Shown here in pieces: positions 38,080-50,870 of a stretch of DNA of 64,000 nt. The notes below the pieces were generated by a model. The model was not told the DNA's origin. It ran no database searches and saw only the letters and a program-made list of their open reading frames with translations. Position 1 is the first letter of the stretch; each line of letters opens with the position of its first letter. The translations under genes were made by a program, and so were the position numbers. Source of the stretch: Rhizophagus irregularis (Eukaryota); NCBI RefSeq assembly GCF_026210795.1, contig NC_089432.1:496001-560000 (forward strand). Direction: 5' to 3'.

Positions 38080-39723
38080 TTATGATTTTATAATGAATAC
38101 ATTAGTTACTAATACATTTTTTTTTAAAATATAAACGAAATCAGTACTTAAAGAAGAATAAATTTGAACCTTAATATTATATAATTCAAATTCTTTTACT
38201 TCATCTTTTAAGACGAATAATTCATTATTATTCACCTTAAAACCCAAATATTTAACTCTTTTCTTTCTCATAATATAGTCCTTTATATAATGTAAAATAT
38301 CATTCCCGCTTTCACGAATAATAATAATTTTAATACATAATCTATTAATAAAAGTATTTTGAGAATTTTTTAAAAATATTTTAAAATCATTTGCATTTTC
38401 AATTATAAGATTTAAATCTAAATATTCTAATTTAAAAGGTAGGATTTGTCCTAAATTTTGTAATACAATTAAGCTAATTTCAAAATTATTAGATGAATCA
38501 CTTATCTGATGAATTGCAAGATGATTAAGATTTTGACCAATATTTTCAATAAAATTGAATAATGAATAAATATTTTGATCATCAAATCCGAATAACTCCA
38601 AAACTTTAATCTTCATACAATAACTTATAATTAATTCAAGTGATTGTTGTTTTGATTCATTTATTAATGGCCCAAAACTAATATTTTCTAAATAATTACC
38701 AGATTTTTGTAGTAATAATTGTAATGAATCAATATCTAGCAACTCATTATTCATAAATAAAGTTTTTAATTTAAAAGGTTTGGTAATATTAAGAATTCGT
38801 TCAATAAAAGAATTTAAAGAGTAACAATCAATAATATGAATAGATTCTAAAACATTTAATTGTTCAAATATTTCATTAAAAGCAAAAATGTTATTAAAAC
38901 TAATATTACGAAAAGTAATTATTTTTAAAGTATTCAAAATATTAGAATTTTTGAATGAAGTAAATAAATAATTTAAGTTTCTGTAATTAGATTTATGTGG
39001 TAAATGAATTATATTTAAATATTGATCATAACGACAACCATGAAATTCATAACTAAGTGATGAAATTGTATTAATTGATTTTAAATAAGGGATAATTGTT
39101 GTTATATTTATATGTGTTGGACAAATGTTGAAATTTAAATTTTTGATATTATGAATGAAACTTTGATTTTGTAAAATTAATTTAAAAGCAATATTAAAAT
39201 AATCACAATCATCATTTGAAAAGATAAAAATGTCAAAAGTATTCAAATTTATTTCTCTTTCAATAAATATCTTAAATAATGATTCATATATAAATTTTAA
39301 AAGATCATATTTTGGATGTGATTGTAATGTAAGTTGATTTGATTGATTTCCAATTTCTCTAGTTGATGAATCTCTAACCCAAAGTTTAATAGTTGAAATA
39401 ATATTCTGTGTATTTAAATATTTAATGAAACTAAGATAATTGAATAATGTATTTAAAGGGGATAAATTTTTATTAATACCATAATCTTGTAACTTTTCTT
39501 TATCTTTTTCTTCTAAATATTGTAAATAAATTTCAATGAAATGATAATATTTAAATTTTTTAATTGAAAATGTGTTTTCCCATAATAATGGAATTGCTAA
39601 ACGACACCATAATCTATTAACTAAAATACATGAATACAATGTTGAAATATCATTCCGTAAATATTGTATAATTTCATCCGTTAATTCGGTTAAATCTCCT
39701 GAAAATATTTTTGAGCATGTCAT
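38080..39723 (-). CDS. F-box/LRR-like protein (547 aa, single exon)
   Basis: N-terminal LTELTDEIIQYL..LYSCILVNRLWCRLAIPLLW F-box-like motif, followed by leucine-rich repeats (LESIHI, LENISF, LEYLDL). Confidence 0.85.
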   Translation of the reverse strand: MTCSKIFSGDLTELTDEIIQYLRNDISTLYSCILVNRLWCRLAIPLLWENTFSIKKFKYYHFIEIYLQYLEEKDKEKLQDYGINKNLSPLNTLFNYLSFIKYLNTQNIISTIKLWVRDSSTREIGNQSNQLTLQSHPKYDLLKFIYESLFKIFIEREINLNTFDIFIFSNDDCDYFNIAFKLILQNQSFIHNIKNLNFNICPTHINITTIIPYLKSINTISSLSYEFHGCRYDQYLNIIHLPHKSNYRNLNYLFTSFKNSNILNTLKIITFRNISFNNIFAFNEIFEQLNVLESIHIIDCYSLNSFIERILNITKPFKLKTLFMNNELLDIDSLQLLLQKSGNYLENISFGPLINESKQQSLELIISYCMKIKVLELFGFDDQNIYSLFNFIENIGQNLNHLAIHQISDSSNNFEISLIVLQNLGQILPFKLEYLDLNLIIENANDFKIFLKNSQNTFINRLCIKIIIIRESGNDILHYIKDYIMRKKRVKYLGFKVNNNELFVLKDEVKEFELYNIKVQIYSSLSTDFVYILKKNVLVTNVFIIKS

Positions 39724-40341
39724 TATTGTAAACGAAGAAAATAAAAAGAAAGAAAAAGTGAGTTATTAAATTTCAAATTATGCCAAATTAAGTTAATTTT
39801 TGTGGAGTATGAATTCCGATTACGCATGTCGCACAAAACTTGTTGATGTTGATCATTCTTGAAGTGGGACGATCACAATAAAAGAGAATTTTAAAATAAT
39901 TTAACTTTAAAGACAACGTGAGTTTTTATAATTATAAACAATTTTTTTTTATTGTATATTGTGAACATTTTATTATTCCAAAATGTTTTTAGCTAATTAA
40001 TTATAAAGTTTGTTATTTTTATTATTTTAGATAAAGTTTGATAATTTTTTTTTAAAAAAAAATCCTATTTTTTTTATTTTTATTTTTTATTTTTTGATTA
40101 ATCTATATAATTAAAAAAATTCATAAATTTATTTATTTATTTATTTTGTCATTTGATCTTACCTATTATGGAAAATTTAAATAATTTGCCAAAATTGAAT
40201 TATTGGTTATTTGACTTGTCTTTTTTATATAATTTGTTGCCGATCTTGAAATCATTCAAACATAAAATAACGATTTCCCCACTATTTTTTTTTTATTTTT
40301 ACAAATTAACATTTTTTTTGTTTAATAAATTATTAATTAAA

Positions 40342-41971
40342 ATGGATGAAATTAAACTAAGTGATGACGTATTTGAACAAATAAAAAAGTTCGATCGTTA
40401 TCATTTGACTAAAGAACAAAAATCGTTAATTGATAAACTAATAATAGACAAAGAATTAAATAAACGATATAAAAATAATGGGTTATGTAAAAATTGTAAG
40501 CAGATTAATACTCATTATGATTGGTGCCAGCCATGTGTTTCTAAACGTTTTCAACAAAATTTCAAAAATTGGACAAGTGGAAATCATGTCGTTGATGAAT
40601 TTATTCAAAAAGCACAATTAAAAGCTGAATGTGAAAGTCAAATCATAGAGTGGATTGAATATGATAAATTTGAAGATGTTGAATATTTAGCAAAAGGGGG
40701 ATTTGGAACTACTTTTAAAGCAGGTTGGAAAGATGGTCCTTGGACAATAAATAATTCTCAATTGGAAAGGAATGGTGAAACAAAAGTTGCTTTAAAGTGT
40801 TTACATAACTCACAAGGTATTACGACAGAATTCTTAAAAGAAGTAAGTTATTTTCATTAAATTTAAATTAGTCTTTATAAATGTTAAACTAACTATAATT
40901 TTCTTTTAAAGGTTGAATCAAACATTTTAGTATATAGTTCTATTTGGATAGTTGATTGTTTTGGTATTACCAAAGATCCAAAAACAAATAATTTTATGAT
41001 GGTAATGGAATTAAAAAATGGTAGCTTAAGACAACATTTGAATAACAACTTCATTTCACTGAATTGGGAGCAAAAGTTGGGGAGTATACAAAGTATTGCA
41101 CATGGTCTTAGTGATATTCATAAAAAAGGATTAATTCATAATGATTTTCATTGTGGAAATATATTAAGTAATTTTAAAGAACATGCTTATATCACTGATT
41201 TGGGATTATGTCGACCAGCAAATGTCAAATCCTCTCAAAATAATAATAAAAAAATATATGGAGTATTACCTTATGTAGCTCCGGAAGTTTTAAGAGGAAA
41301 AGAATATACTCAAAAAAGCGATATTTATGGATTTGGAATCATTGCATATGAAATTTGTACAGGTTTCCCTCCTTATTATGATATACCTCATGATGAATTC
41401 TTAGCAATGAAAATTTGTAAGGGGTTGAGGCCAAAGTCTAATTATAAAATTCCTCAATTAATTTTTGACATTATTAATCAATGTTGGGATGCAGACCCTT
41501 TAAAACGACCTAATGCAGTTAGATTAAATAATTTATTTTTTGATTTATGGAAAGATATCGCTTACAAGAAAATGGATTCTGTAATTTATGGGCAAGTTAA
41601 AGAAGCAGATGATATTAATAAAAAGTTATCTTTTTCATCACCTTTGATATCCACTGGTACTATATCATATAAAACACATCCTCAAGCGGTTTATACAAGT
41701 AGACTTTTAGATTTTAATAATCTTCCAGAACAAAAAAATGCCGATAATAATAATGATTTACTTGGAATAGAATATTCAGGTAAACATATATAGTTTTCCA
41801 TAATAATTTAAATTATTTTACAATTCTAACAACTAATATTTATAGATTCCTTAAAAATCGATTTTACTAAACTTGATATTAATTCTAAAGGTAAATTACT
41901 CTCGTATGTGATTTTTTTGATTTATTAAATTTTAATTAAAACTATCTTTTATTATAGATGAAAGTAATTAA
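40342..41971 (+). CDS. TKL-type protein kinase, 4 exons; close paralogue of 4827-6456
   Basis: MDEIKLSDDVFEQ start at 40342; AKGGFG, VALK, HNDFHCGN, DLG, YVAPE; same intron positions; terminal exon DESN*. Confidence 0.88.
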
Positions 41972-42899
41972 ACTCGGATTACTTAATATTAAAGTATAAA
42001 AGATTATTATATTTTTATTTGTATTTGTATTTTGAAATTGGAGATTAAAGAATTATTTATTATATAAATTTTCCAAATCTATATAAATTTCCTAATTTAA
42101 ACGGTCTTCAGATTGGAGTCCTGCACAAAACTTCATATTTTTGAATCCGATTCGGTTCCAATATCTTCGTGTTTATTTATTAATAAAATTTGTATTTACT
42201 ATTAAAATAAATTTTTGTACTGTATTTATTTTGTTAATAAAGTTATTTATATTAGTTATTACTATTTATTAAAAAATTATCAATGAAATTATTAAAATTT
42301 ATTTACTAGAAAACTATCAACAACGTGATTTACTATTATCTATAATTTTATACTTTACAAAACAAATAAAATCCATATTAAATTCTTTATATTTTATTAA
42401 TAACTAGATAAAAGATAATACATATGTTAAATGTTTGATACTTTTTTTATTCAATTAAATTTTTATAGCAAAGGATCTGCAGAAAATGGAAATTTGGCGT
42501 GGCATCAAATAAAAGTAAATTATTTGAAACTTTGGGACAAATATTATTTATTAAACTACTGTATAATATTGTTTACTGCCCAATTGCATTACTTTTTATT
42601 TTTACGTAAATTTAAATCCTTACAAAGAATTATCAAAATTAATAACGGAACACATTTCCTAATCCGGAATCACTTACCATGAATAACAATGCATCCCATC
42701 TAAAAAAAGGTTAGCAATATTAGCATTTATCAATAAAGTATTAAACGAACATTAAAGTGGTTGGAATTCAAATAACAGATAATTTCGTTTTATTAATAAT
42801 GATATTTATTCAAATCTATGGATATTATATAAAATATGGAAAAAAATCTAAAAAAAAATAACACATCAAATAATAACAAATAAATAATAATATAAAACC

Positions 42900-43330
42900 C
42901 TATAAAAAATTATCAACATTTATCCAGTTCATCAGATGGAAAAATGTTAATACTTTGATCCTTTAATGAATTAATAATTTCTAATTCATCATTCGTCCAA
43001 TCAAATTCACACATATAACCTTTATTAATTCCCAATATCTTTAAAGAATTATGAACTTTTTGATAATTATTTACATATTTTAAATAATCTTAAATCTTCT
43101 TTTCCCTCAATATAAATAATCCACTTTTTCAAATTTGCTCTACAATTTTTCGTAAAATATTCAAAAGATAATAGATCGATATGAAAATCTAAAAATAAAT
43201 ATTCAACAAAATTTAAATAATCACCCAAAGTTTTAACTAATTGACTGGCATGATCTATCTCAATTTTTAAGAATTTTAATGATGACATTTCACAAATAAG
43301 TGTAATCATTGAATCTAAATCTTGTTTTAT
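42900..43330 (-). pseudogene. C-terminal fragment of an F-box/LRR-like gene, frameshifted
   Basis: LKFLKIEI..VEYLFLDF.., then a frameshift near 43090 into DYLKYVNNYQKVHNSLKILGI..IFPSDELD; no N-terminal part seen. Confidence 0.55.
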
Positions 43331-44378
43331 TTAATATTTAGATACAAGTAAAATTTGTTCTATTGAATATTATAGCGAGAATATACAATGATAAGCTAGA
43401 AAACTTAGTTTTTACGTCATTATTTGAAGTGTTCATTGAAAATGAAGGAAATTTACATTCTTTCGAAGTTGTACTGTCTTTGATATGAGGTTTAAGTATT
43501 TAATAATATGGAGATTTTACAAAGTCAAAATCTTACATGCGATATCAGAAATTTAACTTTAGATTTTTTGTTATTTCAACTCAAAATCTTATTTCATTTT
43601 TGAAATTTTTAATCAATTTATTAAATTTTTAAAATTTTGATAATAAAGTTTTAATATCAATATGTGTAAATATTAATTTATTTAATTTTGATAATACTAA
43701 TTTATTAATTTATTAAAATTTCGATAAAATTTTGATAATATTATTTCGATAATATAAATTTAAAATTTATTTATAGCTTCAAAATGAAATCGATTAAAAT
43801 AAACTGTTAATATGCAGTAACTGCATTTTGAAAATTTTAATTAAGTCCAAACTGAGTTTTGACTATAGTTTTGCTTTAAATTTAATGAGTGTGTTATTTG
43901 ATCAAGATTTGGTTTCAATTTAAAAAATTTCTGCAAACGAAGTTTTGGACCCAAGTTGGTTTTAACATGTTAATTTTGGCAAATTTAAATTTAATGATAA
44001 TTATTACAACAATATTTAAATATTAAAAGATAAATTATTCAATTACAAACTGATTTTATTTATGTAAAAATGGTTTGCAAATACTCTATAATCAGTGTTG
44101 AATATAAAAAAAAAACTATTTATAAAGAAATAAAAATATTTGTCCAATTACAAACTGATTAAACTGATTTCACCTAGTTTACAAATACCTTATAATCAGT
44201 GTTAAACAAAAACTATCAAAAAAGAAAATAAAATATGGTTTTACAATGATTTCATTTATTCCTTTTGATTAATTATTTTCGTTTTAAACTTATAACCTAT
44301 TAAATAAATTAAATAATTTATAAATTTTAAATATTTTTTTAATTAAAAAAAATAAATAAATAAATAAACACAACTAAC

Positions 44379-47300
44379 TTACTTTGTGAAGTCAATAACT
44401 TCCATTGAATAAAGATTTTTTGTAAATGTATTAAGTAATCGAGATGTGTAATAAGCTTCTGGATGAGTAGTTGATTGATTACTTTCAATAGATAAAAGAT
44501 TTGCTTTTCTATATTCTTCTGCTTTTTCAAATTGCTTTTTAATTTCCTCATCATCAGCATAATGAAATAGTTCAATCGATTTTTTTAAGTCAATAGCACT
44601 TGGTCTATTATTTGGATTTGAATCCCAACACTTTTTCATTAATTCACCATAACATTTTGGTATTTCTGACTCGTTTATTTCAGGTCTAATTCCATTACAT
44701 ATATTTAATACTAAAAACTCATCATGTGCACAATTGGAAAAAGGTTGTTTTCCAGTTGCTATAAAATACATGATCATGCCAAGACTGTATATATCTGCTG
44801 CTTGAGTATAAGGTTTACCTTTTAATACTTCAGCCCTATAAGAAATATGTATACGGAAAGGATACGTTTTGTATACATTTTATGTACGTTTCTATAGATT
44901 CCGTATACAAATTCCGTATATTTAATAAGCAATTCATTTTTGAACATTTTTTAAAAAACTAATGTATCGGAAAAAATTAATCATATGGAATGTATACGGA
45001 ATTTTTAAACTTAATATTTTTAGAAAATAATTTTACAAAAATCTCGTATCATAACACGAGATCACGTGATGATATGTTTTTTGTTTTTATATAAACCCTT
45101 ACTTTGATAAGTTTGATCTTCCGATCTTCCTTTCTGTCTTTCCCTACCCTCTCTTTTCTCTTGTCTTATTTTTGTTATTTTTTCTAAATTTTCCTTCTTT
45201 TTTCGTCACCCCCCTTTAAAAAAAAAAATTTTTTTTTTCGTACCGCACTTTAAAAATTTTTTTTTTCATCACTCTCCTTTAAAAAAAAAATTTTTTTTTG
45301 ATTTTATTCTTTTATTCCCACTCTTCTTTTTTTTAAAAAAATTTTCTTCTTTCTATTTCTATTTCCTCTTTATAAAAAATTTTTTATTTTTCTAACTTTG
45401 ACGTCCTCCCTTTAAAAAAAAATTTTTTTAAACTTTCCTAACTTCGTTACTCTCTTTTTAAAAAAATATTTTTTTTGATTTATTCTTTATTCCCCTTTCT
45501 TTTTTATTTATATTTATCCCTTTTTTTATTTCATAGGCCAGCAGATTTTTTTTTGTGAGAAGATTCAGTTTCTTTTTTCTTTTTTGTAGATCAGTTTGGG
45601 AGTCTTTCCTTTTTGTTTCTTTTTTTTTTTGTAAGTTGGGTTCAGATTCTTTTCTTTTTGTAGGTTGTTTCAGTTTTGTTGCTTTAGAGTCTTCTTTTTT
45701 TGTAGGTCAGTTTTGGATTTATTTTGTTGTTTTGGTTTCTTTTTCATCAGATGCTTCATAATTCTTTTCATTTATGTAGGTCAGACATTCTGGAGTTCTC
45801 TTTCTTTTTTTGTAGGAATGCTGACCTTTGGTGACTTGGACGATTGCAGATACTATATGAAGGAGGGGGTTTTGTTTCCAATTAAGTTAGACGTTCTTAT
45901 GTTTCTTTTTTTTGTTTTTTTTAGGTTGTTTGACTCCAAATGAACCTGAACTTATAGATAATTTTGGTTGCAATAGGTGGTTTTAATAAGGAGGGAATTT
46001 TCATAATGTATTTGTATTTTGTTTATTTTTTATTTTTTATTTTATTTAATAAAGTAAAATTAGATTTATGTAAATATAATTATAGTAAACTGTAATACAA
46101 ATAGTAAATTCAGTGACCAAATCGTATAAATTTCGTGATAAAATCAGTGATCAAATCATGTAAATTCCATATGAATTCCGTGTAAATTCCGTATCCAAAC
46201 CATATTTTTAGTGATACGGAATTGTGCATTTTTCCGTATCCTATTATGATACGTTATTTCTAAGGAAAAAAATCGTATAAAAACTTTATAAAAAACGTAT
46301 CCAATTTTTTTATAGGGCAGGGGCTACATAAGGTATAACTCCATAAATTTTGTTTTCATCTTTTATATTACCGACTTCTCCACATAATCCCATATCTGAA
46401 ATATATATTCTACTATAATGGGTTACAAGTTGCTTCTTCAACTAATAAATTTCCTACATGAAAATCACGATGAACCTTTTGTTTTTGATGAATATTTAGA
46501 AGTCCTCTAATAATACTCAATATTGATTGTAATTTATATGCCCAATTAAATTCATTATAATTTTTATTTAAATGATAATATAAACTTCTTCCCCTTGCAT
46601 GATCTAGAACTATAAGATAATCTTTTGTATCTGGATTTTGAGACAATCCATATATTCGGATAATATTTTCATCATAACCAAGAGAATATGCTCTAATCTA
46701 TTAAAATGTGAAAATTTATTATTTTATATAAAATAAAATTTAATTATATATGTATATAAAGTTTCTTACCTCATTTAAAAATTCATCAATAATATTTTGT
46801 GATGAATTAAGCAAATATTTTAAAGCGACTTTACTATTACCACTCATTCTTCTAAATTTTTCTTCGTAAGATAACTGAATGGACCATCCTTCCATATTGC
46901 TGAATAAACTATGGCAAATCCTCCCTTACCTATTTCTTCAATCTTATTAAACTGATTGTAAGGTATCCACTCAAATATTATATCAGAAATATTATGATAC
47001 TCCATATATTTTATCCCTGTATTCAGAGTTGTTACCCTAATAAAATAAAATAAAATATTACCAAAATAATTAAAATAAAATAAATTAATAAAAAAAATTT
47101 TATACCTTGTTAAAAAATTCTTCAGTAATATTTTGTGAATTAAATGATTTTAAAGTAACTATTTTATTCTGATTTTTTAAATTTCTTTTTTATTTTTATC
47201 ATAATTCAACTGACCATTTTTCCATATTGCTGAATATATTGTAAATAAATCATTTTTACCTATTTCTTTAATATTATCAAACTGATTGTATGGTATCCAT

Positions 47301-48562
47301 TCAACTATTATATCATTATAATGATTAATTTTTAGTTGAAATTCTTGAATGAAATTATCAACTTTTTCATTTCCACTAGTCCAATTTATAAAATTTTTCT
47401 TTAAATTATCTATTTGACATGGTTTACACCATTTTTTATTCCAACAATACATAAAAATCATATATTCTTCACCATATTTTTCACAATATTCATCTTGAAT
47501 AACTATTATATAATCTTTCGTATACGGATTTTGTGATATTCCATATATCAGAAGAGTATTACTATTGCGTCCCTTTATTCGAAAATTAATTAGTATAAAA
47601 ATAATATAAAAAAATTATTTATATTAATGTTTCATACCTTGCTTAATAATTCATTGGTAATATTTTGTGAATTATACATATATTTTAAAGCAACTTGTTT
47701 TTTTCCTCACTTTCTTTTATATTCTTTTTTATAAAGACAATAATATAAAGGACCATCCTTCCATATTGTTGAATATATTGTACTAAAACCATCTTTTCTT
47801 ATTTCTTTTATATTATCAAACTGATCATATGGTATCCATTCGATTATTATATCATTGTAATCATTAATCTTTAATTGAAATTCTTGAATAAAATTATCAA
47901 TTATTTCATTTCCAATAGTCCAATTTGCAAAATTTTTCTCTAAATAATTTATTTGACATGTTTCACACCATTTGTACTTCACATTTGTATATTTTTTACC
48001 ACATTTTTCTCTTGAAAAACAATAAAATATTCTTTTGTATTTGGATTTTGAGATATTCCATGTATTTGAATATCATCAGAAAAAGAATATGATATAACCT
48101 ATTATAAATAATAAAAAAATTATCACAATTAAATATATATATATTAAAATGTTGTATTAAAGTCATTTCATACTACCTTATCATAAAATTCGCTGGTAAT
48201 AATTGGTAAATCATACAAACAACTGAAAATAATAATTTTTTCATTCTTAGATTTCCTTACATATTCCTTTTTGTGATGACAATAGTATAATGGACCGTCT
48301 TTCCATATTGCTAAATATAAAACATTGTTTATTTCTTTAATATCATTCAATTGGTTGTATGGCATCCATTCAAATATTATATCATTTGGTCCATGAATCT
48401 TTTGATTTTTTCTTGAATTAAATCATCAATGATTTCATTTCCGCTTGTCCAATTTGTAAGGTTTTTTTTAAAATTATTTATTTGACATGGTTTACACCAT
48501 CTATCTTTTACAAATGTATATCCGTCGCCACATTTTTCACAATCTATATCAATTTGTAACAT
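44379..48562 (-). pseudogene. TKL kinase gene with tandem N-terminal zinc-finger/N-lobe-like repeats; frameshifted and transposon-disrupted
   Basis: Repeated WC..CQI..NF.NWT.GNE.ID..IQE..EWIPY.Q modules before a kinase domain (HRDFHVGN, DMG, PYVAPE, CWDSNPNNRP); several frameshifts; insertion at 44834-46317. Confidence 0.85.
44834..46317 (+). mobile_element. Complete 1484-bp non-autonomous TIR transposon (CCCTATA...TATAGGG), CMC/CACTA-like
   Basis: 3-bp TSD CAG (44831-44833 and 46318-46320); subterminal TACGGA/TCCGTA repeats at both ends; second copy at 1-1086. The superfamily is inferred from the CCC end and 3-bp TSD. Confidence 0.9.
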
Positions 48563-48800
48563 TTTTTTATTATTCAAAAAAAAAGCGAACGATGAAACAG
48601 CTGGGAACGCACATCAATTTACACTGCATATTTATTTAGTTTTGATGACCATGCCGATCGTACTCTATTAATCTGGTCATCATAATAATCACGTGACAGT
48701 CGTGACATTTTAAATGATATTTGATGATTTTTTGAATTGCTGATCCGTATTCTTTATAGTTATCGGCAAGTCAGTACATCAGGACCCGAGTTAAGCTTGG

Positions 48801-48986
48801 TGAGTGCAGTCCGGTGGGGAGTGACACGGACACTGTAAGGCATAACCTAGACACGATATGTGATAAAAAAATAAACTAATTTTTCTTTCCTAATATGGTA
48901 ATTTCCGGTCTATGCACGTTCATGCACGTAATTCGTCACTGATGAGTCCGCATCACGTCCATGTAAAAAATACCGGACTGCACTCA
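48801..48986. repeat. 15-bp perfect inverted repeat pair (possible MITE)
   Basis: TGAGTGCAGTCCGGT (48801-48815) and ACCGGACTGCACTCA (48972-48986); no TSD evident. Confidence 0.5.
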
Positions 48987-49279
48987 ATAATAACCTCACG
49001 TCCTCACCGGACCGGACTCAATAACGAATAACCCATGTAGGTCAGGGGAGATCGGTACACATGCTCTACGTATTTCTTCAGGGCCGGAACTATGTAATGC
49101 TGGTCGTAATATCCACAAATGGAAGCGATCTACATGATTTTGGCTCATTCTAAGCAAATAAGACCCTTTCTATGTATAGCTCGGAGTCCTAGTACAAATG
49201 CACGCCATTGTACGCCATTGTGTTACATACATTTCGATCGACTGTCGGTATAGAACCACTTCTTTTTGTAATAAAAAAT

Positions 49280-50870
49280 ATGGAAGGAAGTTCAAGTCAG
49301 GTAAATTATTATTTTAAGCAAACATTAAAAATTTAGTCAATTATAAATCATTTTTCATTAGAATTAATTTTATATAATAATAGGGTGGAAGTTCTACAAA
49401 TACTGCTCCTGGTAACCTAGACAATAATAACTCTCTTTCGTATAAAACGATTTTGTATGAAAATATGTTCAACAATCGTATCCTTCTTAAATTAGGAGAA
49501 GATGGATTCATCACGCCTGATGAAAAGGCAAAAGAACTTATTAAGGAACTATCCGAAATAAAGTATTTATATGCTCTGAATGTGCTTTTTGAAAACTTGC
49601 AAAATGAGTTTTCATCTCAAGTTTTAGCAAATTCATTAGAAGCTTTAGTTGATACTCCTTTAATCATTATTCAAAAGAAAGTGTTGCTAGATTAGAATTA
49701 CATTTAAGAGCTTTGGTTACCGTCTTAGAACGGATATGGTTTTCACCAATAGTACTTAGTAAAGAACTTCGTGATAAAGTTTATAATTCTTTAGCAAAAT
49801 TTGCAGAAATTCATCGTAAAACAACTCAAGTTATCGAAGTAGGACTTGATAATAATTTTAGACGAAATTTCAATCAATTCAATCAACAAAGTAATAATCA
49901 ATATGAACAAATTATTAAAAAGCGTAATTATAATATTGATTTTTTATTAATCCATTTGCGAGATACTTTTCATAGTTTACGTGATGATGAAACTTGGTTT
50001 CAAGAAATTATACGAAGAGTTAGAGACTTACTTAAAACTGCATTGAATATTACACCAGGAATTCTAACAATGGCAGGAATCAATCTTCTAAATGATTGTT
50101 CAATCTTATCAATGTTTACTCAAATACGTCAAAGTTTAAGTTTTAAATATCCGGTAGCATCTTATTATGTAGATTGGAGAATTATGTTAATAATTCAAAA
50201 TAATCTTTTCATTTGGTCTGAAAGTTCTGAAAAGATTATTAGTAAAAAATTTAGTGAATTGGTACTTATGGAATATATCTGGAGCTTTTTGGAAAGAGAA
50301 TGGGGTAATTCTGCAGACAAATCTATTTTAGATTCTCAAACAAAATTTGATGAAGTATCAAATAAAGTCGTCAAGACTTTGATAAATGCTGGAGGCATTT
50401 TAAATGATCTTTCTGGAAATGAACCTATTGCATTACCACATACTTTGTGGTTTGAAAATTAGACCTTGCACAAAATCTTATCCAAAGATCATCCCGAATA
50501 GCAACATATGGTCTTTGTTATTATTTAGCAATTGAATCACTTAATAGAGCACCAAGTAGTTTTATTCAGTTTAAATCTACTGAATTATTATTACATTTAT
50601 ATAATATTAATAGTGAAATGTTTTCAATGATTGAAATTGATTTTGATCAATACACACAAAAATTAAGTGAAAATAATTTAGAAGATTCTTTAGAAACTTA
50701 TTAACTTTTGTCAAAGAGAAATATCATGAAGATTTAAAAATTTTAATAATATTGGAAAAGGAAAAGAGGGAAAAGGAAAAAGTTTAAATCAAAATTCATA
50801 TTTAAAGAAAAAACAAACAGTAAATTCTAATATTTTAAATGTTATAGCAGATGAAATTACTTATTTTTTT
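49280..50870 (+). pseudogene. Unknown helical protein, frameshifted
   Basis: MEGSSSQ|GT-AG intron (49301-49383)|GGSSTNTAPG.. joins in frame to the ORF at 49453; frameshifts near 49680 and 50455; decays after ~50700. Confidence 0.6.

Noticed and set aside
40153..40341. N-terminal extension of the kinase ORF shown in the ORF track
   Set aside because: It has a non-ATG start, and the paralogue begins at the MDEIK/MGEIK ATG.
1..45869. One giant inverted duplication (TE and kinase both mirrored at 40-46 kb)
   Set aside because: The sequences between the TE and the kinase do not match, and the TE has its own TSD inside a different gene; these are independent events.
48939..48985. Possible hammerhead ribozyme (CTGATGA followed by a GTCCG..CGGAC stem)
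   Set aside because: The required GAAA after stem II is missing and no consistent stems I/III were found.
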